Positions 42,469 through 54,234 are shown, numbered from the whole stretch's first letter. The stretch: DNA of 62,035 bases, filler included, from 4 parts of 4 records of this genome joined end to end with filler, not necessarily neighbours in it; one strand, 5' to 3'. Program-made: numbers and translations. Notes: a model not told the origin generated them from the sequence alone.

Positions 42469-43389
42469 ATGATTGCTTCCAAAGCATTCGACCTGGCGAA
42501 GCTGATCGCCTGTCTGGTGATGATCGCGGTGGTCGCCGCCGTTCTGATGGCGCCATTCGTTCCGCCTGCCGACCTCATCAATTCGATCGGCCATCTCGCG
42601 GACAATGGCTACCCCTATCTCTGGGTACCGCTGCTCGCCATGGCCCTGGCGCTCGCCGTCCTGATGGTGAAGAGCCGTTGGACCGCCTCCCTCCTGCCCG
42701 CAACCGCGCTCGCCGCCATCGGTATCGGTATTCTTGTCGCAAGCCACAACTTGCGCGGCGATGCAGTCGCCTATGGCTCGGACCGCAACGAGCAGTGGGC
42801 GATGGCGCTCGAGAACAAGCCATATAATGCGGATGTTTCCTGGCTCCTCCCGGAGACCGTCCTGACATTCCGCGGCGGGGTCAATTCGCGTTGCTGCCGC
42901 GGCCCCGGCATCATCGGCAACGAGAAGAGTTATCCCGTGATGCAGGCGTTCGGCCTCCCGACACCCGCCTACCCCGACAACCGCACCTCGATTTCGGTCG
43001 GGGCCTACACGCTGGAACCGGGATCGGCGCTCCACGATTACATCGCCCTGGCACGGACAGAAGGCGACTGGCTCGCCTATTACGCCCAGTGCATCGTCCA
43101 GCCCGGCACGGCCATGACCCGGGTTGCCGACAGCTCCAGCTCGGGCGCGGCGGAAAACGTCGCCATCAGGCTGGCGTCCCGCCCGGCGCAGCGGCCCATG
43201 GCGTGTGAGACGGCGAGCGGTGTGGAAGCCCGATTTGGGATCGATCTGAAAGACGCCATTGCAAGTCGGATCGAGGCGTCGGGCGGCAAGCCGGCCGCGA
43301 CCCTCGATGAGAAAGGCCTCGCCGAAGCCTGCAAGATTCATCCGGACTGTGCCCGGTTCACGCAGGATTTCGCGATTCTTCTGGAATAG
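42469..43389 (+). CDS. Hypothetical membrane protein (three N-terminal TM helices plus a Cys-containing soluble domain)
   Basis: 306-aa ORF with AAGGA RBS and host-like codon usage; no family recognised. Confidence 0.65.
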   Translation: MIASKAFDLAKLIACLVMIAVVAAVLMAPFVPPADLINSIGHLADNGYPYLWVPLLAMALALAVLMVKSRWTASLLPATALAAIGIGILVASHNLRGDAVAYGSDRNEQWAMALENKPYNADVSWLLPETVLTFRGGVNSRCCRGPGIIGNEKSYPVMQAFGLPTPAYPDNRTSISVGAYTLEPGSALHDYIALARTEGDWLAYYAQCIVQPGTAMTRVADSSSSGAAENVAIRLASRPAQRPMACETASGVEARFGIDLKDAIASRIEASGGKPAATLDEKGLAEACKIHPDCARFTQDFAILLE

Positions 43390-43472
43390 GCGTGCATTTT
43401 CTTCCGTCGCAATCCGGTCAAAATCGAGCGCTAGATAGTTCCACCCATGGGGCTTGCGATGCGAAAGGCAAA

Positions 43473-44006
43473 ATGATGAAGAAAACCGGCATGTTTCTGG
43501 CGGCCCTGGCGATGAGCGCAATAAGCGCCGCACCCGCCTTTGCCGCCAATGTCTACGAGACGCTGAAAGGCGACCCGCAGTTCTCTACCCTGACGAAGAT
43601 CATCGAAGCGAACGATCTGAAGTTCCGCTACACCGGAGGCAGCATCACCGTCTTCGCGCCGACTGATGAGGCGCTGGCGGCGCAGCCCGGCGGCGTCGAC
43701 GATCTGCTCGTCGGCGACAATCCGAGCAACAAGGAAAATGCGCGCGCGCTTCTGCTCTACAGCATCGTGAGCGGACGCCACACGCCCTCGACCCTCGAAG
43801 GCAAGGTGACGGAAGCGACGACGCTCCAGCGCGGCAAGGTCAAGATCGACGGCACGCAAAGCCCGATCCATTATGGCGGCACGCAGTTCGGGGCCAATGT
43901 TTCGGGCGAGGCGATCGAAGCCTCGAACGGCATCATCATTCCGGTCGATGCGCTGCCGATCCCCGTTTTTGAAGACGAAACGCCGAAGGCGCCGACCCTG
44001 CAATAA
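43473..44006 (+). CDS. Fasciclin (FAS1) domain secreted protein
   Basis: Signal peptide, FSTL, ITVFAPTDEA, ASNGIIIPVD. Confidence 0.88.
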   Translation: MMKKTGMFLAALAMSAISAAPAFAANVYETLKGDPQFSTLTKIIEANDLKFRYTGGSITVFAPTDEALAAQPGGVDDLLVGDNPSNKENARALLLYSIVSGRHTPSTLEGKVTEATTLQRGKVKIDGTQSPIHYGGTQFGANVSGEAIEASNGIIIPVDALPIPVFEDETPKAPTLQ

Positions 44007-44027
44007 GGCGCGGTCAGAAACCGAACA

Positions 44028-44057
44028 AAAAAGGGAAGGCTACAACCTTCCCTTTTT
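44028..44057. terminator. Bidirectional terminator
   Basis: AAAAAGGGAAGG-ctacaa-CCTTCCCTTTTT. Confidence 0.85.
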
Positions 44058-44082
44058 CTGTGTCCGCTCTTGAAAAAGGAAG

Positions 44083-45513
44083 TCAGCCTTCCTTTTTCTT
44101 TTCGAGCGGTGGCGCGATGCGGATGTGAAGTTCCTTGAGCTGCTTCTGCTCGACTTCCGACGGCGCCTGCATCAGCAAATCCTGCGCCTGCTGGTTCATC
44201 GGGAACATCGTCACTTCGCGCAGATTTTCCACGCCCGCCAGCAGCATCACCATACGGTCGATGCCGGGCGCGAGGCCGCCATGCGGCGGCGCGCCATACT
44301 TGAAGGCATTGAGCATGCCGCCGAACTTCGCCTCAACGACCGACTTGTCGTAGCCGGCGATCTCGAAGGCCTTGTACATCACGTCCGGCTTGTGGTTTCG
44401 CACGGCGCCGGAAGAGAGTTCGACGCCGTTGCAAACGATGTCGTACTGGAAAGCGGTCATGCCGAGGATCTCATCGGCATCGCCCTTGTCGAGCGCGAGG
44501 AACTTCTCGGCCGGATAGTTCGGCATCGAAAAAGGATTGTGCGAGAAGTCGATCTTCTTCTCATCCTCGTTCCACTCATACATCGGAAAGTCGACAATCC
44601 AGCAGAACTTGAAGACGCCGTCTTCAACGAGGCCAAGCTCCATACCGGCGCGGGTCCGCGCCTGACCGGCAAAGCTCGCAAACTTGGAGGGAAGACCGGC
44701 GACGAAGAAGACGGCATCGCCTTCCTTCACCCCGAGCTGAGTGCGGATCGCTTCGGTGCGTTCCGGACCAATATTCTTCGCGACGGGGCCTGCGCCTTCG
44801 GTCGCACCACCTTCGTCGCGGAAGAAGATGTAGCCGAGGCCGGGTTGCCCCTCGCCTTGCGCCCAGGAGTTCATGCGGTCGCAGAAAGCACGGTTGCCGC
44901 CACCCGGCGCCGGGATCGCCCAGACCTCGACCTTCGAGTCCTTTTCGATCATGCCGGCGAAGACCTTGAAGCCCGAGCCACGGAAATGATCGGTGACGTT
45001 CTGCATTTCGATCGGGTTGCGCAGGTCCGGCTTGTCGGAACCGTATTTGCGGATCGCCTCGGCATAGGGAATGCGCGTGAACGGATAAGACGAGACCTTG
45101 CGGTCGCCCGCGAACTCTTCGAAGAGGCCGTGCAGCACCGGTTCGATAGCGGCGAAGACGTCGTCCTGAGTGACGAAGCTCATCTCGACATCGAGCTGGT
45201 AGAACTCGCCGGGCGAACGGTCGGCGCGGGCGTCCTCGTCGCGGAAGCAGGGCGCGATCTGGAAATAGCGGTCGAAGCCCGCGACCATGATGAGCTGCTT
45301 GAACTGCTGCGGCGCCTGCGGCAGCGCATAGAACTTGCCGGGATGCATGCGCGACGGCACGAGAAAGTCGCGTGCGCCTTCCGGGCTCGATGCGGTCAGG
45401 ATTGGCGTCTGAAATTCGTTGAAACCGGCCTCCGTCATGCGGCGGCGGACCGAGGCGATGATTTTCGAGCGGAGCAGGATGTTCTTGTGCAGCGTCTCGC
45501 GGCGCAGGTCGAG
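44083..45513 (-). CDS. aspS: Aspartate--tRNA ligase, 5' truncated
   Basis: [35 protein letters not shown]. Confidence 0.97.
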   Translation of the reverse strand, partial: LDLRRETLHKNILLRSKIIASVRRRMTEAGFNEFQTPILTASSPEGARDFLVPSRMHPGKFYALPQAPQQFKQLIMVAGFDRYFQIAPCFRDEDARADRSPGEFYQLDVEMSFVTQDDVFAAIEPVLHGLFEEFAGDRKVSSYPFTRIPYAEAIRKYGSDKPDLRNPIEMQNVTDHFRGSGFKVFAGMIEKDSKVEVWAIPAPGGGNRAFCDRMNSWAQGEGQPGLGYIFFRDEGGATEGAGPVAKNIGPERTEAIRTQLGVKEGDAVFFVAGLPSKFASFAGQARTRAGMELGLVEDGVFKFCWIVDFPMYEWNEDEKKIDFSHNPFSMPNYPAEKFLALDKGDADEILGMTAFQYDIVCNGVELSSGAVRNHKPDVMYKAFEIAGYDKSVVEAKFGGMLNAFKYGAPPHGGLAPGIDRMVMLLAGVENLREVTMFPMNQQAQDLLMQAPSEVEQKQLKELHIRIAPPLEKKKEG

Positions 45514-45613
45514 NNNNNNNNNNNNNNNNNNNNNNNNNNNNNNNNNNNNNNNNNNNNTTAATTAATTAANNNNNNNNNNNNNNNNNNNNNNNNNNNNNNN
45601 NNNNNNNNNNNNN
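45514..45613. other. Artificial contig linker
   Basis: N44-TTAATTAATTAA-N44. Confidence 0.98.
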
Positions 45614-46071
45614 CTGCCCATCTGCCAGAACAGCCAGTTCATGGTTTCGGTGCGTTTGGCCGGGTCCCTGGGCAGAAACGCATCAAACTTCTCCGCAAGG
45701 TAGAACAGAATGGAACCAGACTCGAAAACCCGGATGGCCGGGTCCACACTACGATCCAGCATGGCAGGGATCTTGGAGTTGGGATTCACCTTCACGAACC
45801 CGCTGCTGAACTGATCCCCTTCGGTGATGCGAATCAGCCAGGCATCGTATTCCGCCTCCTTGATGCCTTTTTCCAGCAGCTCCTCAAACATGACCGTTGC
45901 CTTAACACCGTTGGGCGTTGCCAGGGAATAAAGCTGGAACGGATGCTCCCCCACCGGCAGCTCTTTTTCATGGGTAGGGCCGGCGATGGGGCGGTTAATG
46001 TTAGAGAACTTGCCGCCGTTGTTCGGATCCCATTTCCAGACTTTCGGAGGTGTGTAAGTTGGGTCACTCAT
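45614..46071 (-). CDS. yghU: Glutathione-dependent disulfide-bond oxidoreductase (GST Nu class), 3' truncated
   Basis: YTPPKVW, NRPIAG, LYSLATPNG, NPNSKIP, FESGSIL, WLFWQMG. Confidence 0.92.
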
Positions 46072-46217
46072 TCCGTTTTCTCCCATTGGCTTTACAGGGT
46101 TAGTGGCATGACTGTAACCGAATCCGGCACGGGTACGCACGTGGAATACGTCTGCGCGGGATCAATAATCGGTCATCGGTATTGGGCTATACTCGGCTCT
46201 GGATCAACTGGACTGCA

Positions 46218-46955
46218 ATGGAACCTGCCATGGCGTGTCACGCCGACCGGACCGCTCCTGTCTTTCAAACGAAAGGCCTGACCAAAACCTACCGTCAGGG
46301 CGATGTGGAAGTGCATGCCCTGCGGGGGGTCGATATCAGCCTTTATCCGGGGGAGCTGGTAGTGATGCTTGGCGCCTCAGGCTCAGGCAAATCCACGCTT
46401 CTGAACATTCTGGGCGGACTGGATGTGCCCACTACCGGCGAAGTTCGTTATCAGGACATCGATCTGGCCGGCGCCTCAGACCGGGAGCTTACCCGCTATC
46501 GCCGGGATTATGTCGGGTTCGTGTTTCAATTTTACAACCTCATCCCCAGCCTGACCGCCCGCGAAAACGTCATCGCCGTGACCGAGATTGCCCGTGACCC
46601 CATGGCGCCGGAAGAAGCCCTGGACATGGTGGGCCTGGCCAGTCGCCTGGACCATTTTCCGGCTCAGCTTTCCGGTGGCGAGCAACAAAGAGTGGCCATT
46701 GCCAGAGCCATATCCAAGCGACCCCGTGTGCTGCTGTGCGATGAGCCTACCGGAGCCCTGGACTCGGCCACCGGTATTCTGGTCCTCGCGGCATTGGAAC
46801 GGGCCAACCGGGAAACCGGCACCACCACGGTGATCATCACCCACAATGCTTCAATCGCGAACATGGCGGACAGAGTGATCACCCTTTCGGATGGCGTAAT
46901 CAGCGGTGAGCACCGCAACTCAGAACGCCGGGACCCGAACACCCTGAGCTGGTGA
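46218..46955 (+). CDS. ABC transporter ATP-binding protein (MacB/LolD-like)
   Basis: [30 protein letters not shown]; start 46218 or 46230. Confidence 0.93.
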   Translation: MEPAMACHADRTAPVFQTKGLTKTYRQGDVEVHALRGVDISLYPGELVVMLGASGSGKSTLLNILGGLDVPTTGEVRYQDIDLAGASDRELTRYRRDYVGFVFQFYNLIPSLTARENVIAVTEIARDPMAPEEALDMVGLASRLDHFPAQLSGGEQQRVAIARAISKRPRVLLCDEPTGALDSATGILVLAALERANRETGTTTVIITHNASIANMADRVITLSDGVISGEHRNSERRDPNTLSW

Positions 46956-46959
46956 TACC

Positions 46960-49335
46960 ATGATTTTCGGGCCGAGCGCACTGCACACCAAACTGAGACG
47001 GGAAATCTGGCAGATGCGCGGCCAGTTGCTGGCGATCGCGCTGGTGATTGCGGGCGGGATCGCGGTTTGCCTGATGTCCCTGGTCAATTACTCCTCCCTC
47101 ACAGCCACCCGGGATCAGTACTATCAGGAGCACCAGTTTGCTGATGTTTTCGTTTCGGTAAAACGGGCCCCCCGCCATGTGCTGCAAACGGTTTCCGAGC
47201 TACCGGGTGTGACCCGCCTGAGCGGTCGGGTGGAAGGCGCCGCGAAGCTCAATCTCCCCGATTACGATGAACCTGTGTCGGCCCACCTGGTGTCTGTTCC
47301 TCCGACCGGCCAACCCGGGGTAAACCAATTGTATGTCCGGCAAGGTCGACTGCCAAGCGCCACCCACGCCAATGAAGTCGCAATCATTGGCAGCTTCGCG
47401 GATGCGCACCAGCTCACTCTGGACGACAGTTTCAACGCCATCATCAATGGCCGACAACAAACCCTGAAAATCGTGGGCATTGTCGAGTCGCCGGAATTCA
47501 TCTACGTGATACCTCCGGGGGGCATGCTGCCGGATTACCAGCGCTTTGGCGTGCTCTGGCTGAATCAGGAAGCACTGGCCGCCGCCATGGACATGCGGGG
47601 CGCCTTCAACAGCCTGGTACTGCAGATCGACCTACGGCATCCTGTGGAAGATGTGATCGACCCGCTGGACCGGTTGCTGGCGCGCTACGGCAGTACCGGT
47701 GCGTTCGCCCGGGCTGACCAGTTCTCACACCGTTTTCTCAGTGACGAGCTCGAGCAGCTGAAGGCCATGGCGATTATCTTTCCGTCCATTTTTATGGGCG
47801 TCGCCATGTTTCTGCTCAATGTGGTGGTGACACGCCTGATCAGTACCCAACGGGAAATCGTCGCCATTCTCAAAGCCTTCGGCTACAGCAATGGCCAGAT
47901 CGGCTGGCACTACAGCCAACTGGTGCTGGCCATTGCGTTTACCGGGCTCGCCATTGGCTGCGCCAGTGGCCTCTGGCTGGGGCATCGGTTGGGAGAGCTG
48001 TATATGGATTACTACCGCTTCCCTTCGCTACTGTTCCGAATCAATCCCTGGTGGCTGGCGTTACTGGCCCTGATCAGTATGGCAGTTGCACTGCTCGGCG
48101 GCTGGCGCTCCATCCGCGCGGCGGCCGCCCTGCCCCCGGCGGAAGCCATGCAGCCCGAGAGCCCCGCCCGATACCGGGTTACCGTTACCGAACGGATGCT
48201 GGGCTGGGTGCGCTTTCATCAGCCTTCACGCATGATCGTCCGGCAGCTTGCCCGCAAGCCTGGCCGAACCGCCCTCTCGGTATTCGGCATTGCCATGGCC
48301 ACGGCCATCGTGGTGGTGGGCAATTTCCAGTTCAGCTCTGTTTCGCTGATGGTGCACACCCAATTCGCCCGGGTGCAGAAGCAGGACCTGACCGCCACAC
48401 TCACCGACCCGGTCAACCCGACCGCACTGTATGGAATGGCGCGCCAATCCGGTGTGCGTTACGTCGAAGGACGCCGGGCCGTTACCGTAGAGCTGGTTAA
48501 CGAACACCGCAGATGGCGCACGGTGCTCACCGGCTTGCCCCGGGACGCCAAACTGCAATTCGTGGTTAACCAGGATCTGGAGAACGTGGCCATTCCTGCT
48601 GCCGGCCTGTTGGTAACCGACTTTCTGGCCAAGGCCCTGAATGTTGAGACCGGAGACACAGTTCGGGTGCGAGTGCTGGAAGGCCGACGCCCGGAACTGG
48701 ATCTCACGGTGGCTGGCATTACCAGCGAGTTCCTCGGTGTGGGCGCCTACATGAACCTGACCGCCATGAACAAGGCGCTTCGCGAAGGCCCGAGAGTGAA
48801 CCAGATGCTGATGAATCTGGCGCCGGAGCAAACCAACACCGTCTACCAGGCACTCCGGGATACGCCGGGAGTAATGGCCACCAATCTGCGACAGGCAATG
48901 CTCGACAGTTTCTTCGAGACGCTCGCGCGCACCTTCCTGACCTACACGTTCATCATCAGCCTGCTCGGCGGCATTATTGCTTTTGGTGTGATCTACAATA
49001 CCGCGCGGATTTCCCTGGCCGAACGGGGGCGAGACCTGGCGAGCTTGAGAGTACTGGGGTACAGCCACAACGAAGTCGCCCACATTCTGCTCGGGGAACT
49101 GGCCATACTGCTGTTACTGGGAATTCCTCTGGGTTGGGCGATTGGTTTTGGACTGGCAAGTTTTGTGGTTACCGCGATGCAGACCGAACTCTATCGCGTT
49201 CCCCTGGTCCTGACCGGCCAAACCCTGGCATTGGCGGCCAACGTGGTCATTTTGTCGGCATTGATTTCCGGCTTCATCACCTGGTGGCGACTTCGTAAAC
49301 TGGACCTTGTCGCGGTTCTGAAAACCCGGGAATAA
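46960..49335 (+). CDS. ABC transporter permease with duplicated MacB_PCD-FtsX modules
   Basis: Two repeats of periplasmic domain plus TM helices with [12 protein letters not shown] and [11 protein letters not shown] loops. Confidence 0.9.
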   Translation: MIFGPSALHTKLRREIWQMRGQLLAIALVIAGGIAVCLMSLVNYSSLTATRDQYYQEHQFADVFVSVKRAPRHVLQTVSELPGVTRLSGRVEGAAKLNLPDYDEPVSAHLVSVPPTGQPGVNQLYVRQGRLPSATHANEVAIIGSFADAHQLTLDDSFNAIINGRQQTLKIVGIVESPEFIYVIPPGGMLPDYQRFGVLWLNQEALAAAMDMRGAFNSLVLQIDLRHPVEDVIDPLDRLLARYGSTGAFARADQFSHRFLSDELEQLKAMAIIFPSIFMGVAMFLLNVVVTRLISTQREIVAILKAFGYSNGQIGWHYSQLVLAIAFTGLAIGCASGLWLGHRLGELYMDYYRFPSLLFRINPWWLALLALISMAVALLGGWRSIRAAAALPPAEAMQPESPARYRVTVTERMLGWVRFHQPSRMIVRQLARKPGRTALSVFGIAMATAIVVVGNFQFSSVSLMVHTQFARVQKQDLTATLTDPVNPTALYGMARQSGVRYVEGRRAVTVELVNEHRRWRTVLTGLPRDAKLQFVVNQDLENVAIPAAGLLVTDFLAKALNVETGDTVRVRVLEGRRPELDLTVAGITSEFLGVGAYMNLTAMNKALREGPRVNQMLMNLAPEQTNTVYQALRDTPGVMATNLRQAMLDSFFETLARTFLTYTFIISLLGGIIAFGVIYNTARISLAERGRDLASLRVLGYSHNEVAHILLGELAILLLLGIPLGWAIGFGLASFVVTAMQTELYRVPLVLTGQTLALAANVVILSALISGFITWWRLRKLDLVAVLKTRE

Positions 49336-49350
49336 TTCACACACACTCAC

Positions 49351-50571
49351 ATGGGACCCAACATGGCGACACAACGCATCTCCAAAGGAAAATGGGCCTT
49401 CTGGCTTTTGATGGCCTCAGTAGCCGCCATCGTCTTCGCGCTTATCCTGCGGCCAGAGCCCGTTTGGGTTGACCTTGCCCCCGTCGAGCGCGGCCCCTTG
49501 GAAGTGACCATTCTTGAAGAGGGCAAAACCCGGGTCAAAGATCGCTATCTGATTTCCTCCCCCGTGGCCGGCTATATTCACCGGGTTCAGCTGGACGTAG
49601 GCGACGCGGTGATTCCCGGGGAGCTACTGACGTTTGTGGACCCGACGCCCGCCAGCATCTTGGACGCCCGAACCCGCGCCGAAGCCGAGGCTCGGGCAGC
49701 CGCCGCCCAGGCGGCACTTCAATCCATCCAACAAAAGGTTCAGGCGGCGGAGGCTGATGCTGAGTTCGCTCAGAATGAATACCAGCGCCTGCTCGCTCTG
49801 GAAGAATCCCGCTTTGTCTCCACCGAACAGTTACAACAGGCGAAATCCACGGCAGCCCGGGCACAGGCGATCCTGCGTTCCGCCCGCTTTGATGAAGAGG
49901 TGGCCGCCCATGAACTGGCCGCCGCTCAAACCCGGCTGCAGATTTCAACCGCGTCCTCCAATGGTCAGAAACCTGCCGAGCGGGTCGCCGTGCGCTCTCC
50001 GGTTAACGGCGCGGTTCTGGCTCTGGTTCGCCAGAGCGAGGGCGTCATCCAGGCCGGCGAGCCGATACTGGAGGTCGGAGACCCTGGCGCTCTGGAAGTG
50101 GTGGTCGAGGTCTTGAGTTTTGATGCCGTCAAACTGGAACCCGGCCTTGGCGTGCGACTGAGTGGCTGGGGCGGGCCGGTACTGGAAGCAACGGTTCGTC
50201 GTATCGAGCCTATCGGGTTTGAGGATGTATCCGCTCTGGGCGTGGAAGAACAACGGGTTCAGGTTATTGCCGATATGGTCAGCCCACGGGAGCAGTGGCG
50301 ACAGCTGGGAGACGGCTACCGGGTGGACGCTGACTTTATCCTGTGGCAAAGCGAAGACACCTTGCAGGTACCCACCTCAGCGATCTTCGAATACAACGGC
50401 GCTTCTGCGGTTTTCATGGTTGAGAGCGAAACGGCTAGACGCCAGACAGTCACGACAGGACCATCCAACGGTTTAATGACCCAGGTAACGCAGGGACTGC
50501 AGGAGGGCGTTCGAGTGGTCCGGCACCCCGGCCGTGGCCTGGAAGACGGCGATCAGGTCCGGGTGCGTTAA
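49351..50571 (+). CDS. Periplasmic adaptor (HlyD/MacA membrane fusion protein)
   Basis: TM anchor, lipoyl halves (SSPVAG, VRSPVNG), coiled-coil hairpin, LGDGYRVDA. Confidence 0.9.
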   Translation: MGPNMATQRISKGKWAFWLLMASVAAIVFALILRPEPVWVDLAPVERGPLEVTILEEGKTRVKDRYLISSPVAGYIHRVQLDVGDAVIPGELLTFVDPTPASILDARTRAEAEARAAAAQAALQSIQQKVQAAEADAEFAQNEYQRLLALEESRFVSTEQLQQAKSTAARAQAILRSARFDEEVAAHELAAAQTRLQISTASSNGQKPAERVAVRSPVNGAVLALVRQSEGVIQAGEPILEVGDPGALEVVVEVLSFDAVKLEPGLGVRLSGWGGPVLEATVRRIEPIGFEDVSALGVEEQRVQVIADMVSPREQWRQLGDGYRVDADFILWQSEDTLQVPTSAIFEYNGASAVFMVESETARRQTVTTGPSNGLMTQVTQGLQEGVRVVRHPGRGLEDGDQVRVR

Positions 50572-50607
50572 CAAATCCCGCACAAACCCTGACCCCAAAC
50601 GCCCCAG

Positions 50608-51816
50608 CTAACGTTCGCCCTGAGCTTTTACATCGGCGATCCATTTGCCATACCCCGCGGCTTCCATTTGCTCCAGCGGGATGAACTTCATGGCTGCGGA
50701 ATTCATACAATAGCGCAATCCCGTCGGCGCCGGACCATCGTCAAAGACATGGCCCAGATGAGAATCAGCATGGGCACTGCGAATCTCCGTCCGGGTCATG
50801 AAAAACGACTTGTCCTCACGTTCTACCACTGCCTCTGGCGTAATCGGGCGAGTGAAGCTCGGCCAGCCGGTACCGGACTTGTACTTATCCCGTGAGGAGA
50901 ACAGCGGCTCACCGGAAACGACATCCACATAAAGCCCCTCCCTGGTGTTGTCCCAGTAGGTATTGTTGAAGGCGGGTTCAGTACCATCCTCCTGCGTGAC
51001 CTCATACTGCATTTCCGTCAAACGCTGCCGAAGAGTCTTGTCATCCGGCTTCTGAAAACGTTCGGGGTTAAAACCCCCGCTTGCCGCCGCTTCTGTCGGA
51101 TCGTCCTCCGCAGGCATCGAGTCATTGACTCCGGTATTGGGCTGATAGCGCGAGAAATCCAGCTCATAATCCTCGCCATAGACCTCTTCAATAAACTGAT
51201 AACGCCCCGAATTGAAGGTATAGAACTTGTAGCGGACCGGATTCTTCTTGTAGTAGTCCTGGTGGTATTCCTCCGCCGGATAGAATCTCTTGAGCGGCTC
51301 AATGGGGATCACCACCGGTTTGTCATAGACGCCGGAAGCCTCCAGTGCTTGCTTTGCCGCCTCTGCGAGGCGCTTCTGCTCCTCGTTGTGGTAAAAAATG
51401 GTGGGCCGGTACTGCCGACCACGGTCAACGAACTGGCCCTCCAGGTCGGTCGGATTCATCATTCGCCAGAGACCGGCCAGCAAGCCCTCATAGGTCATTT
51501 TATCCGGGTCGTAATATACCTGGACGGCTTCAGTGTGGCCTGTGCGCCCGGAAGAGACCTGTTTATAGGTCGGACTTTTTTCTTCTCCACCAGCGTAGCC
51601 AGACACTGCCTCGACAACACCAGGAATCTTTTCGTAGCCGGCTTCCACGCACCAGAAACAGCCGCCAGCAAAGGTTGCCACGGCCAGATCCGGATCATCC
51701 GGTGCGTAGGCATTACCTGCACTATCCACTCGCTCTGCTGCCACCTGTGCCGCAAAAAGACCGGCGGCGGAAACCAGCGCCAGGGCGGAAAACAGGCCTA
51801 TAACTTTGCGTTTCAT
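50608..51816 (-). CDS. msrAB: Exported peptide-methionine sulfoxide reductase MsrA-MsrB fusion
   Basis: Signal peptide; [21 protein letters not shown] (MsrA); GWPSF, HLGHVF, RYCMNS (MsrB). Confidence 0.95.
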   Translation of the reverse strand: MKRKVIGLFSALALVSAAGLFAAQVAAERVDSAGNAYAPDDPDLAVATFAGGCFWCVEAGYEKIPGVVEAVSGYAGGEEKSPTYKQVSSGRTGHTEAVQVYYDPDKMTYEGLLAGLWRMMNPTDLEGQFVDRGRQYRPTIFYHNEEQKRLAEAAKQALEASGVYDKPVVIPIEPLKRFYPAEEYHQDYYKKNPVRYKFYTFNSGRYQFIEEVYGEDYELDFSRYQPNTGVNDSMPAEDDPTEAAASGGFNPERFQKPDDKTLRQRLTEMQYEVTQEDGTEPAFNNTYWDNTREGLYVDVVSGEPLFSSRDKYKSGTGWPSFTRPITPEAVVEREDKSFFMTRTEIRSAHADSHLGHVFDDGPAPTGLRYCMNSAAMKFIPLEQMEAAGYGKWIADVKAQGER

Positions 51817-51886
51817 GACACTTCTCCTCGCTTGAATCCATAATCACAGCCTAGCGATCTGAATTCACAAAAACGTTCAGCAACTA

Positions 51887-51900
51887 TCACAAATCTATAA
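51887..51900 (-). promoter_or_regulatory. Candidate response-regulator box upstream of msrAB
   Basis: TCACAAATCTATAA (+ strand), 12/14 identical to 54163-54176. Confidence 0.45.
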
Positions 51901-51912
51901 CGCAGCGGAAAG

Positions 51913-53379
51913 CTAGCTGGAGGAAGCTAACGGTAGCCAGAGGGTAAAGACAGCACCGTTCGCATTGTGCGCTGAGAGCCTGCCTTGCTGCAGGACGACC
52001 AAGCGCTGGGCGATCGCAAGTCCCAGGCCGGCATGCCCGGTACGTTCGGCTCCCGCGGCCTGGTAGAAGGGGTCAAACACCTGGCCAAGGTCTTCTTGGC
52101 GGATGCCAGGCCCAGCATCGGCAACAGTGATCGCTGCTCCACCATCCCGTACTGACATCGTGAGTATGACTCTTGTATTCCGCGGAGAATGGGCGATGGC
52201 ATTGCTGATGAGATTGTCCAGAACCCGCTCTGTCATCGCGATATCCGCCAGCACGCTCTCGGTCTCTGTCGCCGAAATGATGAGCTCAATACCAGCTCGG
52301 TCCGCCGCTGGCCTATGCTTCTGAACGACGTCGTAGAGCAACTCGGCAATGACAAACGGCTCGATATCCGGCTGTTTTTCACGGGCGTCCAGGGCGGCCA
52401 GCTCGAACAACTCCTCAACCTGCCTGCCCAACCGGTGTGTTTCTGACAGGGCCACCGCCAGGAACCGGCCTCGCTCTTCGGCTTCCAGGGTCTCATGCTT
52501 CATCCGCAGCGCTTCCAGGTAGCCCTGAATAGACGCCAGCGGTGTTCGAAGATCGTGAGACACCTGAGCAACCAGCTGTCGACGCTGGGCGTCCTTGTGC
52601 TTCAGGAGATCCAGTTGCGCCACAATGCGTCGCGCCATGAGATCAAACCGAGAGGCCAGGTAATCAATGTCGTCGCCCTTCTCGGCCAGTGGAGGACTCT
52701 GCTCAGAGGACAATTCCCGTTCAAACGACTCCACCCGTTCAGTCAGCCGGGACAGCCGCCGCGTTAACATTCGGAAGAACACCAACCCGGCCAGGAGCCC
52801 GACGAGCAGGCTCACCGCCAGGGCGCCTGCGCCCATCTGCAACAACCGGTTGCTGTGCACCATGCTCTCCGCGAGGTCGAATTCTTCACCCCTCAGAACC
52901 ACATAAAGGTAGCCGGCAGGGTCGATTGCCGAGGGAACGGGGGTCACAGAGAAGACTTTTTGCCGATCGTGACTACGAGGGTCGTCCCCCGGCAGAGGAT
53001 AGGCGTCCGGGTTTTCGAGCAGTGTCTGGATTGGCCCGAGGGATACCCGATTACGCTTGATTCGGTCCGGATCGGCGGAATAGGCAAGAATGGCCCCATC
53101 GGTATCCAACAGGTAAATCTCAAGGCTGGGATTGATCGTCATATACAGCTCGAACAGCTGCTTCAGGGCATCCCGATTCAACTGGCCATCGGTGACCAGG
53201 TTTCGGTCAGAGACCAGATTCTGCGCCAGATTCCGGTTCAGTTGCTGGTTAACGGCAGCCGAATACTCCCTGACCGAGGCCAGGCTCAGCAAAGTGAATA
53301 GCCCGCCCACCACCAACAGCAGCAGGAACAGACCAATGGCCAGCCTCGCATACAGGGTTCGAAGCACGGAAAGGCCCAT
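51913..53379 (-). CDS. HAMP-domain sensor histidine kinase
   Basis: Two TM helices, periplasmic domain, HAMP, VSHDLRTPL, NLISNA, DAGPGI, GLGL. Confidence 0.93.
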   Translation of the reverse strand: MGLSVLRTLYARLAIGLFLLLLVVGGLFTLLSLASVREYSAAVNQQLNRNLAQNLVSDRNLVTDGQLNRDALKQLFELYMTINPSLEIYLLDTDGAILAYSADPDRIKRNRVSLGPIQTLLENPDAYPLPGDDPRSHDRQKVFSVTPVPSAIDPAGYLYVVLRGEEFDLAESMVHSNRLLQMGAGALAVSLLVGLLAGLVFFRMLTRRLSRLTERVESFERELSSEQSPPLAEKGDDIDYLASRFDLMARRIVAQLDLLKHKDAQRRQLVAQVSHDLRTPLASIQGYLEALRMKHETLEAEERGRFLAVALSETHRLGRQVEELFELAALDAREKQPDIEPFVIAELLYDVVQKHRPAADRAGIELIISATETESVLADIAMTERVLDNLISNAIAHSPRNTRVILTMSVRDGGAAITVADAGPGIRQEDLGQVFDPFYQAAGAERTGHAGLGLAIAQRLVVLQQGRLSAHNANGAVFTLWLPLASSS

Positions 53380-53381
53380 GG

Positions 53382-54083
53382 TTAATCCATAAACCGATAG
53401 CCCACGCCCCAGACCGTCTGAACGTAACGCGGTTCGGCCGGATCGGGCTCAATCTTGTTACGCAGGCGGTTGATATGGGTGTTTACGGTGTGCTCGTAGC
53501 CGTCGTGATTGTACCCCCAGACGGCATCCAGCAATTGGGCCCGGCTGAAAACCCGGCCACGATGGGAAGCAAAGTGCCAGAGAAGATCGAACTCACGGGC
53601 GGTCAGATCGAGCTCGCGGCACTCCAGGAACACCCGGCGCCGAACCGGATCAATCCGCAGCCCGTCCGCCTCAATCTCCGCCACATCGTCTTCGGCTGAG
53701 CTCTTCCGGGAGAGCGCGTCCACGCGCCGGAACAGAGCTTTGATGCGAGCGGACAGTTCCGCCACGCTGAAAGGCTTGGTGAGGTAGTCATCCGCCCCCA
53801 TTTCCAGCCCCAGCACCCTGTCCAGCTCGGTGCTCTTGGCGGTCAGCATGAGCACCGGCACATAACCCGCACTGGAGCGTATTTCCCGGCACACCGCCAG
53901 GCCATCCAGGCCCGGAAGCATGAGGTCCAGAATCACCAGGTCAATACCACCGTCCCGGAACCGCGCCAGGCCGCTGTCGCCCCGGTCCCGCAGAACCGCA
54001 GTCATGCCCAGGTCGGATACCTGCATGCGGACCAGTTCGCCGATACCGGGATTGTCTTCGATTATCAATACCGTGCGCGGCAT
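53382..54083 (-). CDS. OmpR/PhoB-family response regulator
   Basis: IIED, LDLMLP, LTAK, DDYLTKPF, HINRLRNK, TVWGVGY. Confidence 0.95.
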   Translation of the reverse strand: MPRTVLIIEDNPGIGELVRMQVSDLGMTAVLRDRGDSGLARFRDGGIDLVILDLMLPGLDGLAVCREIRSSAGYVPVLMLTAKSTELDRVLGLEMGADDYLTKPFSVAELSARIKALFRRVDALSRKSSAEDDVAEIEADGLRIDPVRRRVFLECRELDLTAREFDLLWHFASHRGRVFSRAQLLDAVWGYNHDGYEHTVNTHINRLRNKIEPDPAEPRYVQTVWGVGYRFMD

Positions 54084-54162
54084 GCAGCTGAGTGCTCCTT
54101 TCGGTCAACACTGGCTGTCAATCCAGTATTATCGTCAGTCCTCTGAGTCTATCGTGGAAAGT

Positions 54163-54176
54163 TCACAAAACCATAA
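54163..54176 (-). promoter_or_regulatory. Candidate autoregulatory box upstream of the response regulator
   Basis: TCACAAAACCATAA (+ strand), followed by a TCATAAA half-repeat. Confidence 0.45.
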
Positions 54177-54234
54177 ACTTCTTCATAAACTCCGGACACA
54201 GACAATATCGAACCTCAAGCAAGCGATCACCCAA

